Shown piece after piece: positions 27,730 to 36,434 of a DNA stretch of 55,188 nucleotides (positions within the stretch are counted from its first letter, which is position 1; each line of letters begins with the position of its first letter). The translations under genes were made by a program, and so were the position numbers. The notes beneath the pieces were generated by a model. The model was not told the origin of the DNA and ran no database searches. It saw only the letters and a program-made list of their open reading frames with translations. Source of the DNA: Chthonomonadales bacterium (GTDB taxonomy: Bacteria; Armatimonadota; Chthonomonadetes; Chthonomonadales; Chthonomonadaceae); contig JBBQPO010000005.1 of the NCBI GenBank assembly GCA_038217285.1, positions 1 to 55,188 of the forward strand, written 5' to 3'.

Positions 27730-28812
27730 ATGCAGTATGGTTTGAACATACGTCCCAAGGGCGGGCTGGACCTGGTCTCTTTGGGCGCGCTTGTCCACCG
27801 CCTGGATCCGGGAATTATCCCCTTCCGCAAGGCGACGCAGTTTCAGATCCACGTTAGCGGCGGCGAGTTCAATGTCGCCGCCAACATGGCGGACTGCTTC
27901 CGTCTGAGGACCGGCCTGGTCACGGCGATGGTAGACTACCCTATAGGCGAACTGGTCGCCGATAGGGTCCGCGCGATGGGTGTCGAGCCTTTTTACAAAC
28001 GGTATCCACACGACGGCGTCTCCGGCCCCAATATCGCCGCTGTCTATAGCGACCGCGGTCTGGGAGTGCGTTCGCCGGTCGTCTTTTATAACCGCGCCAA
28101 CGAGGCGGCAGCACAACTGAAGCCCGGCGATTTCGACTGGGACGCGATCTTTGCGGGCGGTGTGCGGTGGTTTCATAGCGGTGGCATCTTCGCGGCGCTC
28201 TCGGAAACAACCTCCGAGGTTATCCTGGAGGGGATGCAGGCAGCCAGGGCGGCCGGTGCGGTCATCTCCTTCGATCTCAATTTCCGGGAGAAGCTCTGGC
28301 GAAAATGGGGAGGCACGGCCAGAGCCAAGGAAGTAATTGGGCGTATCATGGCCTATGTCGACGTGCTTGTCGGGAACGAAGAAGACCTTCAGAAGGGGCT
28401 CGGCATTCTGGGTCCGGAGGTCTCCCTGACCTCCAAGCTCGATCCAAGCACCTTCTTTGGGATGATCGACCAGGTCGTGGAACAGTACCCACAGGTCAAG
28501 GTCGTAGCGACGACTCTGCGGGAAGTACACTCCACCAATCGTCACCAATGGAGTGCGGTGGCCTGGGTGGACGGCCAGACCTATGTGGCCCCAACGTGTG
28601 AACTGGACGTGCACGATCGTGTCGGCGGGGGAGACGGGTTTGCCTCGGGATTCTTCTACGGGCTGCTCTCAGGCGAGACACCCGAGGAAGCGATCAAGTT
28701 AGGCTGGGCGCATGGGGCTCTGCTCACGACCTTCCCCGGTGATACCACGATGGCAACCCTGGAGCAAGTCCGGGCCTACGCGCAAGGCGGCACCGCACGC
28801 ATTCAACGCTGA
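27730..28812 (+). CDS. PfkB-family sugar kinase (2-keto-3-deoxygluconate kinase-like)
   Basis: GGEFNVA, VFYNRA, SFDLNFR.KLW, DRVGGGDGF. AAGGAG RBS before ATG 27730. Confidence 0.9.
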   Translation: MQYGLNIRPKGGLDLVSLGALVHRLDPGIIPFRKATQFQIHVSGGEFNVAANMADCFRLRTGLVTAMVDYPIGELVADRVRAMGVEPFYKRYPHDGVSGPNIAAVYSDRGLGVRSPVVFYNRANEAAAQLKPGDFDWDAIFAGGVRWFHSGGIFAALSETTSEVILEGMQAARAAGAVISFDLNFREKLWRKWGGTARAKEVIGRIMAYVDVLVGNEEDLQKGLGILGPEVSLTSKLDPSTFFGMIDQVVEQYPQVKVVATTLREVHSTNRHQWSAVAWVDGQTYVAPTCELDVHDRVGGGDGFASGFFYGLLSGETPEEAIKLGWAHGALLTTFPGDTTMATLEQVRAYAQGGTARIQR

Positions 28813-28882
28813 CGACACGCAGAATACTTTTCATGCCCTTTCATTGGGGAGAGTGTTTCCATGAATAGGTCCGTCCAGGGAG

Positions 28883-29851
28883 GTGAGAATGCGGCGAATT
28901 GTGAGAGAACAGTCCTGTAAGTATGCCTTCGACTGGAGGGACGAGCCGCTGCTGCGGGTGGAGAGAGGCGAAACGTTCGAGATAGAGACGTGGGATGCGA
29001 GTTCCGGCTACTTCCGCTCGGAAGAAGACAAGGCGATCCCGGCGCTCCGTTCCGGATTTGATCGAACCCCCCCGCTGTCCAACCCGATTGGCGGCCCCGT
29101 CTGGCTGGAAGGTGCAGAGAAGGGCGATACGCTGGTGGTCACGGTGGAGGAGATTCTCGTTGGGGACTACTCATGGACGGCCATCGGCCCGCGTCGCGGG
29201 CCCCTGGGAGAGTCCACCCGCTGGCCGGAACTCTCCCGCGACTACACCACCAAGATTTTCCCCCATGTACCGGGGCCAGGAGGAACCATGCGCGACGGCA
29301 GCGTTCAGTTCAGCGAACGACTCTCCTGGCCCATCACTCCCTTCATCGGAACGCTGGGCGTGGCCCCGGATCGGGAGGTCACTACGAGCCTGGATGGACA
29401 GGGCGAGTGGGGCGGCAATCTCGACATCCGGGATGTCGCTCCCGGCAACCGAATCTTCCTGCCAGTATTTCACCAGGGCGCTCGCTTCTACCTGGGCGAT
29501 GTACACGCGAGCCAGGGCGACACGGAGTTCACGGGGACCGCAGCTGAAACCAACTCCACTGTGCGATTGTCGCTCGATCTCATCAAAGGCAAATCCGTTC
29601 CCTTTATGCGAATTGAGAAACCGGATTCGATCATAGCGCTGTATGCCTACCGTCCGTTGGAAATAGCGGTGGAGACCGCGACAACCCATCTCATGGACTG
29701 GCTGATCACGGATTTCGGCTTCACCCCCACCGATGCCTACTGCCTGGTCAGCGTCTGTCCCGATTTTCGCATCAACGTCTATCAGATGTGTCGAGTAGGC
29801 AAACTCAGCTACGTCGCAGGAGCCGAGATACCGAGGCGCTACCTGCGCTAA
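28883..29851 (+). CDS. Acetamidase/formamidase family protein
   Basis: NPIGGPV..EGAEKGD, PFIGTLGVAP, GGNLD, GDVHASQGDTE. Confidence 0.9.
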   Translation: MRMRRIVREQSCKYAFDWRDEPLLRVERGETFEIETWDASSGYFRSEEDKAIPALRSGFDRTPPLSNPIGGPVWLEGAEKGDTLVVTVEEILVGDYSWTAIGPRRGPLGESTRWPELSRDYTTKIFPHVPGPGGTMRDGSVQFSERLSWPITPFIGTLGVAPDREVTTSLDGQGEWGGNLDIRDVAPGNRIFLPVFHQGARFYLGDVHASQGDTEFTGTAAETNSTVRLSLDLIKGKSVPFMRIEKPDSIIALYAYRPLEIAVETATTHLMDWLITDFGFTPTDAYCLVSVCPDFRINVYQMCRVGKLSYVAGAEIPRRYLR

Positions 29852-31533
29852 CGAGGAACCATGAGAGTAAACGGGTAGACATAGGCTTGCAGCAGCACCA
29901 GAAGCCCGATAAGCGCGGCAAGGACGACGCTGTGCCGCAGTACGGCCTTGAAAATATCCGCCTCGGTCCCGATCTTCTCGGTCGCCGCCGTCGCCACACA
30001 TATCGACTGCGCGTCTATCATCTTGCCCATCACGCCGCCGGACGAGTTCGCCACGCAGATAAGCACCGGGCTGAGGCCAAGCTGCAAGGCGGTGATCTTC
30101 TGCAGGCTCCCAAACAGCGCATTGCTCCCCGAATCGGTTCCTGTCAGAAACACGCCGAGCCACCCCAGCATGGCCGCAAAAAAAGGATAGGCGACTCCTG
30201 TGTTTTTGAACGCCATCCCCAACGTGGCGTCCAACCCTCCCAGGCGCGTGATCGAGCCGAGGCCCAGCATAAAGACGATGGTCGGAACCGGGATGCTCAT
30301 CTGTTTCGCCGTCCGCTTGATCACGATACGCATCTGCTCTCGCGTTACCTTCAAAAGCAGAATCACCAACAGCACCGTCACGGCGACCGGGGTTCCCGGA
30401 GTCGTGATCCAGTTGAGTTTGAAGACCGCCGCCTCCAGCGTTCGCGCCTCCACCACCGGTGGCGTGCGTACCACTCTCTTATCAAGGCCAGGGATATGGA
30501 ACTCATAGACCCCATGCACAGGACCGAGCCTTATGGAATCGAGGGTTGACTTGTTCGTTCCGACGAGAACCATCAGCGCACACAGCAGGATAAACGGCAT
30601 CCAGGCGGAGATCGCTTTGCCCAGTGGCATACGTGCGACCATATGCTTCTGAATGAGCGCGTCCGCTTCCTCTCTGTCTTCGACAGCGTGGAGGTGCTTT
30701 GTCTCATAGCGCCAGATACGGCGCGGCTGCCAGAAGCGCAGAAACATGCCCATCACTACCAGAGAGATCAGTCCACCCGCCAGGTCCGTCAGGGGAAAGG
30801 CGCTAGAGTGGGCGAAACCGAACTGGCAAAGTGCGAACGTTCCGCCTCCCACCAGGATGGCAGGCAGCACCTCTTTTGTCTCTTTCCAGGGACACATACT
30901 GCGCACCAGCCACAACGGCACAATGCACGAGAGAATCGGCAGTTGGTTGCCTGCCATATTACTCAACGTACGTATGTCGATACCGGTGACACTTTGAAGG
31001 GTCAGGAGAGGCGTCCCGAAACCCCCGTAGGCCACAGGAGAGGTGTTCGCGATGAGACACAGGCAGGCCGCTTGAAACGGATGGAAGCCCAGTCCGACCA
31101 TCATGGCGGCGCAGATAGCGACCGGAGTTCCGGCCCCTGCTGCCCCCTCGAGGAACGCGCCAAAGCAGAACGCGATGAGGATCGCCTGCAGTCGGTGGTC
31201 CGGCGAAAGCCCTGCGACGGAGGCTTTTATGCGCTCAAAGCATCCTGTTTCGACCGTGATATTGTAGAGCAGCATCGCTCCGATCAGAACCCAGCAGATG
31301 GGGAGCAGCGCAAATAACGCCCCGTTGAAGAAAGAGAGGCTTGCCATCGAGACGGGCATACGATACACGACCGTCGCCACCATAAACGCCGTGATAGCCC
31401 CACCGGCCGCTGCATAAGGCACGGCAGCGCGCCTGACCACCAGCAGCACAAAGAGCACGATCACGGGCAGCGCCGCGAAGAGGATCGATAGCCCAGGAAA
31501 TGCGAGAGGATGATAGTTTTGCGTGTAAATCAT
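29848..31533 (-). CDS. L-lactate/glycolate permease (LctP family)
   Basis: FGAFLEGAAG.GTP, LIANTSPVAYG, LGVFLTGTDSGSNALFG, NSSGGVMGKMI. Confidence 0.93.
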   Translation of the reverse strand: MIYTQNYHPLAFPGLSILFAALPVIVLFVLLVVRRAAVPYAAAGGAITAFMVATVVYRMPVSMASLSFFNGALFALLPICWVLIGAMLLYNITVETGCFERIKASVAGLSPDHRLQAILIAFCFGAFLEGAAGAGTPVAICAAMMVGLGFHPFQAACLCLIANTSPVAYGGFGTPLLTLQSVTGIDIRTLSNMAGNQLPILSCIVPLWLVRSMCPWKETKEVLPAILVGGGTFALCQFGFAHSSAFPLTDLAGGLISLVVMGMFLRFWQPRRIWRYETKHLHAVEDREEADALIQKHMVARMPLGKAISAWMPFILLCALMVLVGTNKSTLDSIRLGPVHGVYEFHIPGLDKRVVRTPPVVEARTLEAAVFKLNWITTPGTPVAVTVLLVILLLKVTREQMRIVIKRTAKQMSIPVPTIVFMLGLGSITRLGGLDATLGMAFKNTGVAYPFFAAMLGWLGVFLTGTDSGSNALFGSLQKITALQLGLSPVLICVANSSGGVMGKMIDAQSICVATAATEKIGTEADIFKAVLRHSVVLAALIGLLVLLQAYVYPFTLMVPR

Positions 31534-31678
31534 ACAGCCATTGATCGTCCCAGATGTTCAAGGATGAGATTAACGAAGCGGCAAACGAACGATACCGGAA
31601 TCATTCTGACATGGTGAAGACCCAACTGAGGTAGGGTGGAGACTATGTTGGCTTCTGTTTCAAAGCTCTCCAAAGAGG

Positions 31679-31723
31679 ATGACCAGAATACCCCGGTGAT
31701 AAATCAAGGGGTATTCTGGTCAT
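31679..31723 (-). terminator. Hairpin downstream of tRNA-Gln
   Basis: 16-bp perfect inverted repeat ATGACCAGAATACCCC/GGGGTATTCTGGTCAT. Confidence 0.7.
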
Positions 31724-31733
31724 ATCTTGGTAA

Positions 31734-31806
31734 CTGCCAGACAAGGGTTCGAACCTTGGACCTACTGATCCAGAGACAGTCGCTCTACCAACTGAGCTAT
31801 CCGGCA
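31734..31806 (-). tRNA. tRNA-Gln (CTG) with U31-U39 mismatch, CCA not encoded
   Basis: TGCCGGA TA GCTC AGTTGGTA GAGC G ACTGT CTCTGGA TCAGT AGGTC CAAGG TTCGAAC CCTTG TCTGGCA G; U1-A72, G73. Confidence 0.88.
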
Positions 31807-31816
31807 ATGTAGAAGT

Positions 31817-31845
31817 ATGGTACCCGACCCGTCGGCAAAAGTCAA
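31817..31845 (-). promoter_or_regulatory. Promoter of tRNA-Gln
   Basis: Minus strand TTGACT-N17-TACCAT, 10 nt before the tRNA. Confidence 0.7.
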
Positions 31846-31911
31846 GACCTGTTTCTACTCAGTCTGAACCGTTAGGACGAGAGGTAACGGTTCAGACTTG
31901 CGAGTGCGGTT

Positions 31912-33648
31912 TCAGGCACCCGGTCGCGACGCCTTATCGATCTTGGCCCAGGTGTCTCGCAAGGTGACGGTCCGATGAAAGACCGGCATCTCGGGCGTGG
32001 AGGATGCATCGGCGCAGAAGTACCCCAACCGCTCGAACTGATAGCGTCCCCCTGGCTCCGCAGCCGCCAGACTGGGCTCGACCACGCCCGACACCACGCG
32101 CAGTGAGTCGGGATTGAGGTTTGAAAGGTAGCTCTCTCCGGGCTCCACATCGTTCGGGTTGGGCTTCAGGAACAGATGCTCGTAGAGTCGGATCTCCGCC
32201 GGAACCGCTGTCGGCGCGGCGACCCAGTGCAGGGTGGATTTCACCTTCCGGCCGTCAGGCGCGTCGCCGCCTCGCGTCAGTGGGTCGTAGGTGCAGCGCA
32301 GTTCGATCACGGTCCCGCTCGCGTCCTTTACGACCTCCTCGCAGCGGACGAAGTAGGCGTTCCGCAGCCGCACCTCGCGGCCTGGGGCGAGCCGGAAGAA
32401 CTTGGGCGGTGGATCTTCGCGGAAGTCGTCGCGCTCGATGTAGAGTTCGCGCGCAAAGGGCACCTTGCGCGTCCCTGCTGCGGGATCCTCGGGATTGTTG
32501 ACGACGTCCAGTTCCTCGGTTTGACCCTCCGGATAGTTGACCAACACTACCTTCACCGGATCGAGCACCGCCATCGCGCGCGGAGAACGTCTGTTCAGAT
32601 CTTCACGGATGCAGTCTTCCAACATCGCGACATCCACAATGCTATCCGTCTTAGAGACTCCGATCTTCCGACAAAAGTCCTGAATGGCCTCGGGCGTATA
32701 GCCGCGACGGCGCAGGCCTGCCAGCGTCGGAAGCCTCGGATCATCGTAACCCGCCACATGGCCGCCGTTCACCAGCTCGATGAACTTGCGTTTGCTCATC
32801 ACCGTATAGTACAGATTCAAGCGGGCGAACTCGATCTGGCGCGGATGGTAGATGCCGAGCTTGTCCAGAAACCAGTCGTAGAGCGGACGATGGATCTCGT
32901 ACTCCTGCGAGCAGAGCGAGTGCGTGACTCCCTCGATGGAATCCTCCAGGCCGTGCGCCCAGTCGTACATCGGATAGAGGCACCACTTATCCCCCTGCCG
33001 ATGGTGTTTCGCGTGAAGGATGCGGTACATGACCGGGTCGCGCAGGATCATGTTCGGCGCAGTCATGTCGATCTTCGCGCGCAGTGTCCTCGCGCCATCG
33101 GGAAACTCACCGGCGCGCATGCGCGTGAAGAGGTCCAGGTTCTCCTCCACACTGCGATTCCGATACGGGCTCTCGGTGCCAGGACTGGTGAGCGTGCCGC
33201 GGGTGGCGCTCATCTCTTCCGCCGTTAGATCGCATACGTAGGCCCTGCCCATGCGGATCAGGTCGGTCGCCCACTGGTACATCTGCTCGAAGTAGTCGGA
33301 TGCAAAGCAGAGCCGGTCGCCCCAGTCGGCGCCGATCCAGCGGACGTCTTCGATTATCCCGTCTACGAACTCCTGCTCCTCGCGCAGAGGGTTTGTATCG
33401 TCAAATCGCAAGTTGAACAGGCCTCCGAAGTCGAGTGCGATGCCGTAGTCTATCCAGACGGCCTTCGCGTGCCCGATGTGGAGGTAAGCGTTCGGCTCCG
33501 GCGGGAATCGCGTATGGACGCGGTCAAACTTTCCGATGCGAAGATCCTCCTTGATCGCTTCGCGGATATAGTCTGTCTGCATTTCCCGTCGCTCCGTCTT
33601 TGGTTCTGTCTGCGTAGCGTCTCCGTCTACCTCGTGTGCTGTCCCCAT
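31912..33648 (-). CDS. glnS: Glutamine--tRNA ligase
   Basis: [51 protein letters not shown]. Start uncertain (33648 or 33582). Confidence 0.96.
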   Translation of the reverse strand: MGTAHEVDGDATQTEPKTERREMQTDYIREAIKEDLRIGKFDRVHTRFPPEPNAYLHIGHAKAVWIDYGIALDFGGLFNLRFDDTNPLREEQEFVDGIIEDVRWIGADWGDRLCFASDYFEQMYQWATDLIRMGRAYVCDLTAEEMSATRGTLTSPGTESPYRNRSVEENLDLFTRMRAGEFPDGARTLRAKIDMTAPNMILRDPVMYRILHAKHHRQGDKWCLYPMYDWAHGLEDSIEGVTHSLCSQEYEIHRPLYDWFLDKLGIYHPRQIEFARLNLYYTVMSKRKFIELVNGGHVAGYDDPRLPTLAGLRRRGYTPEAIQDFCRKIGVSKTDSIVDVAMLEDCIREDLNRRSPRAMAVLDPVKVVLVNYPEGQTEELDVVNNPEDPAAGTRKVPFARELYIERDDFREDPPPKFFRLAPGREVRLRNAYFVRCEEVVKDASGTVIELRCTYDPLTRGGDAPDGRKVKSTLHWVAAPTAVPAEIRLYEHLFLKPNPNDVEPGESYLSNLNPDSLRVVSGVVEPSLAAAEPGGRYQFERLGYFCADASSTPEMPVFHRTVTLRDTWAKIDKASRPGA

Positions 33649-33833
33649 AATCTCCTTGTTCGCTCCCGCCCTCGTCGGCGCAGCCGCCATCCCTCCGCGC
33701 TCGTAGCGCTCATATATGATACCCCAGGTTGAAAGTCTGGCTCGTACCCACATCACAGAATTGTAGGGGTAATGGGTTTTCACGCCCGTGTTGTCCATCG
33801 TTCAGACATAGATAACTGTTTTGCACAACTCCA

Positions 33834-33870
33834 AAAGCGACCGCCCGGAGGCTGCGGCCTCCGGGCGGTC
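33834..33870 (-). terminator. Rho-independent terminator after the ice-binding protein gene
   Basis: 14-bp stem GACCGCCCGGAGGC/GCCTCCGGGCGGTC followed by GCTTTT on the minus strand. Confidence 0.75.
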
Positions 33871-33892
33871 TTGAAACAGGGAAGTTCGGCGA

Positions 33893-35302
33893 TCAGCGCG
33901 GGCCGACAGCGATGTTGTTCACGCTGGGAGTCATGTTTACCACGCCACCTCCGAACAGGACGGAGCCGTTCATGTACCAGATGGCAAGCTGTCCGCTGTT
34001 TGTGTTCTGGAAAACCAGGTCGGGCAGACCGTCGTTGTTGTAGTCGTTTACGCCCACCACTTTGAAGCTTGGATCGGGCCGCGCCGAGGCAAAGGCCCCC
34101 GACTGAAACTGCGCTCCGTTCATGAACCAGAACACCACCGCTCCGGAAGTGCTGTTCTGGAACACAAGGTCAGCCTTGCCGTCTCCGTTGAAATCCCCTA
34201 CTCCCACCACCTTATAGCCGGCAGCGGGTACGAACTGTGTCGAATCGTAACCGATGAGCTGGGTTCCGTTGAAGTACCAGACGGCGATCTGACCGGACGT
34301 GCTGTTCTGGAAGACGATGTCCGGTTTGCCGTCGCCGTTGAAGTCGCCGACACCGACGACTTGATACCCTGACGCCGGCGTATAAGCCAGCAGTTGACCG
34401 CCGATATAAGTCGAACCTTTCATGAACCAGATGACGATCTGTCCGGTCGTGCTGTTCTGGAACACCAGGTCGGCGCTGCCGTCTCCGTTAAAGTCGCCTG
34501 AGCCTCGCAGAAAGTAACCGGCGGCGGGAACCGTCGTCGTGAGGGAGATCCCGGACAGGACCGTGCCCTGCATCGACCAGGCGGAGACCTGATTGGAGTT
34601 GCTGTTCTGAAAGAGAATATCGGCGAAGCCCGGAGTGGCGATATTGTTCGTGTCCATCGTCACCCCACCATTCAACGCCAGGGCTCGGCCTGGAAGAATA
34701 GTGGTTCCGGTGTTCAGCGTGATGCTTGTGAAAGCGACGATGCTCCCCATGAACGCCGTGCCCGTGTTCAGCGTGGCGGAAGAAGCGACCTGCCAGTATA
34801 TATTGCCGACATTACCGCCGTTAATGAGGAAAACAGCCGAGTTCGGAGCCGTCGTGAGCGTACTCCCGATCTGGAACACAAACACCGCATTGGGGTCGTT
34901 CCTGGCGTCGAGGGTAAGGGCGCCACTCAGTTGGGCGGACGTATTGAAATGGTAGACGCCCGGCGGAAGGGTCATGCCCCCTAGATTTTGACCCGTCAGC
35001 TCGGTTGTGGGTACCATTGCTACAATTGCATTGTAGGCGATTGCGAGATCCTGATGTCCCTTCACGGAGACCGGATCCGCCGCATGGATCGATCCCAGCG
35101 TGACGGCGCCTGGTGGCATTCCCGTCACCGACGAACCAGGGCTGACGCCGACATGGCCGCTGACAGTGGTAGCGCCGGTACTGGTCACCGTCGAACTTCC
35201 CAGAACGGCAAACCTCCGCGCAGCGCCGAGGGTTATAGTTTGGGCTCCCGCCTGAGACGCCGATATGATAATCGCTAGGAGAAGCAGATACCTAAATTTC
35301 AT
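33893..35302 (-). CDS. Secreted DUF3494 ice-binding domain fused to FG-GAP/VCBS-type repeats
   Basis: Signal peptide; FAVL, TLPPGVY, LTLDA...VFVFQI, NIYWQV.SSATL, GRALA; then repeats of GDFNGDG..DLVFQN..GQ..IWFMNG. Confidence 0.9.
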   Translation of the reverse strand: MKFRYLLLLAIIISASQAGAQTITLGAARRFAVLGSSTVTSTGATTVSGHVGVSPGSSVTGMPPGAVTLGSIHAADPVSVKGHQDLAIAYNAIVAMVPTTELTGQNLGGMTLPPGVYHFNTSAQLSGALTLDARNDPNAVFVFQIGSTLTTAPNSAVFLINGGNVGNIYWQVASSATLNTGTAFMGSIVAFTSITLNTGTTILPGRALALNGGVTMDTNNIATPGFADILFQNSNSNQVSAWSMQGTVLSGISLTTTVPAAGYFLRGSGDFNGDGSADLVFQNSTTGQIVIWFMKGSTYIGGQLLAYTPASGYQVVGVGDFNGDGKPDIVFQNSTSGQIAVWYFNGTQLIGYDSTQFVPAAGYKVVGVGDFNGDGKADLVFQNSTSGAVVFWFMNGAQFQSGAFASARPDPSFKVVGVNDYNNDGLPDLVFQNTNSGQLAIWYMNGSVLFGGGVVNMTPSVNNIAVGPR

Positions 35303-35597
35303 TGCGAACTTCCCTTCCAGGGAAACAAAGAGTTGCATGTCCATCATGGGCATACACAACAGGGTGAGGCTCTAAATCGAAAAGGCTGTAGGTTCCGGTT
35401 CATCCCCACTGCCAAATGCATCCACCGAACGCAAGCCTGCTCTCTCCCTTCGGGCAACCCAACTTGCTGTCTCTATCACGGTGGAAAACAGCAGCGTTAC
35501 GGCGATTCCACGTAACGTAGCAATGTGACGACGAAAGCGAGCAAAAATTGTTCCCTCAGTTGTATTCGGATGTCTATCTCAAGCTATATCCGCCTTC

Positions 35598-36290
35598 TCA
35601 TCCCGTCCGAATATCGCGTAGATATTTGACGTGCCCGTCGAAAAACACGCGATTCCGACCGCCGAAATGGACCGACTTCCCGCGGAGGTTGGCGGGAACA
35701 CCGGGGGCCGTGCGCGGGAAGTATGGATCCGCAGCCATCTCTAGATCCGAGGCGCTATAAGGGTATCCGTCCAGCGGATCGTTGTTCTGCTGCATGTCGC
35801 TGACAGCCTGTTCCACGGTCTTGCCCCAGAGATAGTTGAGCGGTGTCGGAGTATCCGGACGCCCAAATCGCAGCATCCAGGTGCGGCTTGTGGGTGCATT
35901 CGGAGCGGTCGAAAGGGGTTGCGCCACCTGTGGCAAAGCGCCCATACTGCCGGTAACGCTGGGACAGCTCCAGATCTCGATGGACTGTGAATAGGGCTGA
36001 AGCACGACAGCCGCCCAGCCGCTGCGGAAGTCCGGAACGGGCCAACCTGCCCAGGGATGATAGCCTCCCGGCATCGACAGCTTGAGATCTTTGCGGTCGG
36101 GCAGGCGTTCGTCGTAGTCCTGCAAGTAGAGGAGCATCGCCGTCCCAATCTGCCGCAGGTTGGATAGGCAGGCCGTCTGGCGCGCCTTCTCCTGTGCCTG
36201 CGCGAAGACAGGAAACAGCACCGCCGCAAGAATCGCGATAATCGCGATGACTACAAGCAGTTCGATCAGGGTAAAGGCGCTGCGGCGCAT
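35598..36290 (-). CDS. Prepilin-type N-terminal cleavage/methylation protein (DUF1559-like, H-X9-DG)
   Basis: [44 protein letters not shown]-terminal [13 protein letters not shown]. Confidence 0.92.
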   Translation of the reverse strand: MRRSAFTLIELLVVIAIIAILAAVLFPVFAQAQEKARQTACLSNLRQIGTAMLLYLQDYDERLPDRKDLKLSMPGGYHPWAGWPVPDFRSGWAAVVLQPYSQSIEIWSCPSVTGSMGALPQVAQPLSTAPNAPTSRTWMLRFGRPDTPTPLNYLWGKTVEQAVSDMQQNNDPLDGYPYSASDLEMAADPYFPRTAPGVPANLRGKSVHFGGRNRVFFDGHVKYLRDIRTG

Positions 36291-36381
36291 GAAGAGACTT
36301 CCTTTCGCAAGGCATGAAGGCTGGTGGACGATATCCGGTTACTGACGTCCACGCCACAGCGTTCGGTTCCCCGAATCACGA

Positions 36382-36414
36382 CGTGGGGGCCTTCGAATAT
36401 CGAAGGCCCCCACG
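36382..36414 (-). terminator. Hairpin after hppA
   Basis: 15-bp perfect stem CGTGGGGGCCTTCGA/TCGAAGGCCCCCACG. Confidence 0.7.
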
Positions 36415-36434
36415 AGGATTACGCAGTGGATCCC

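Noticed and set aside
26761..28812. 683-aa ORF suggesting an extended sugar kinase
   Set aside because: The upstream part is an off-frame read of the MFS gene; the kinase starts at 27730 after AAGGAG.
33649..33830. T-box riboswitch upstream of glnS
   Set aside because: No GGTGGNACCGCG-like T-box sequence or terminator/antiterminator pair was found.
33893..34630. ~150-bp periodic DNA repeats as a possible CRISPR or other array
   Set aside because: They are degenerate in-frame FG-GAP coding repeats; there is no repeat-spacer pattern and no cas gene.
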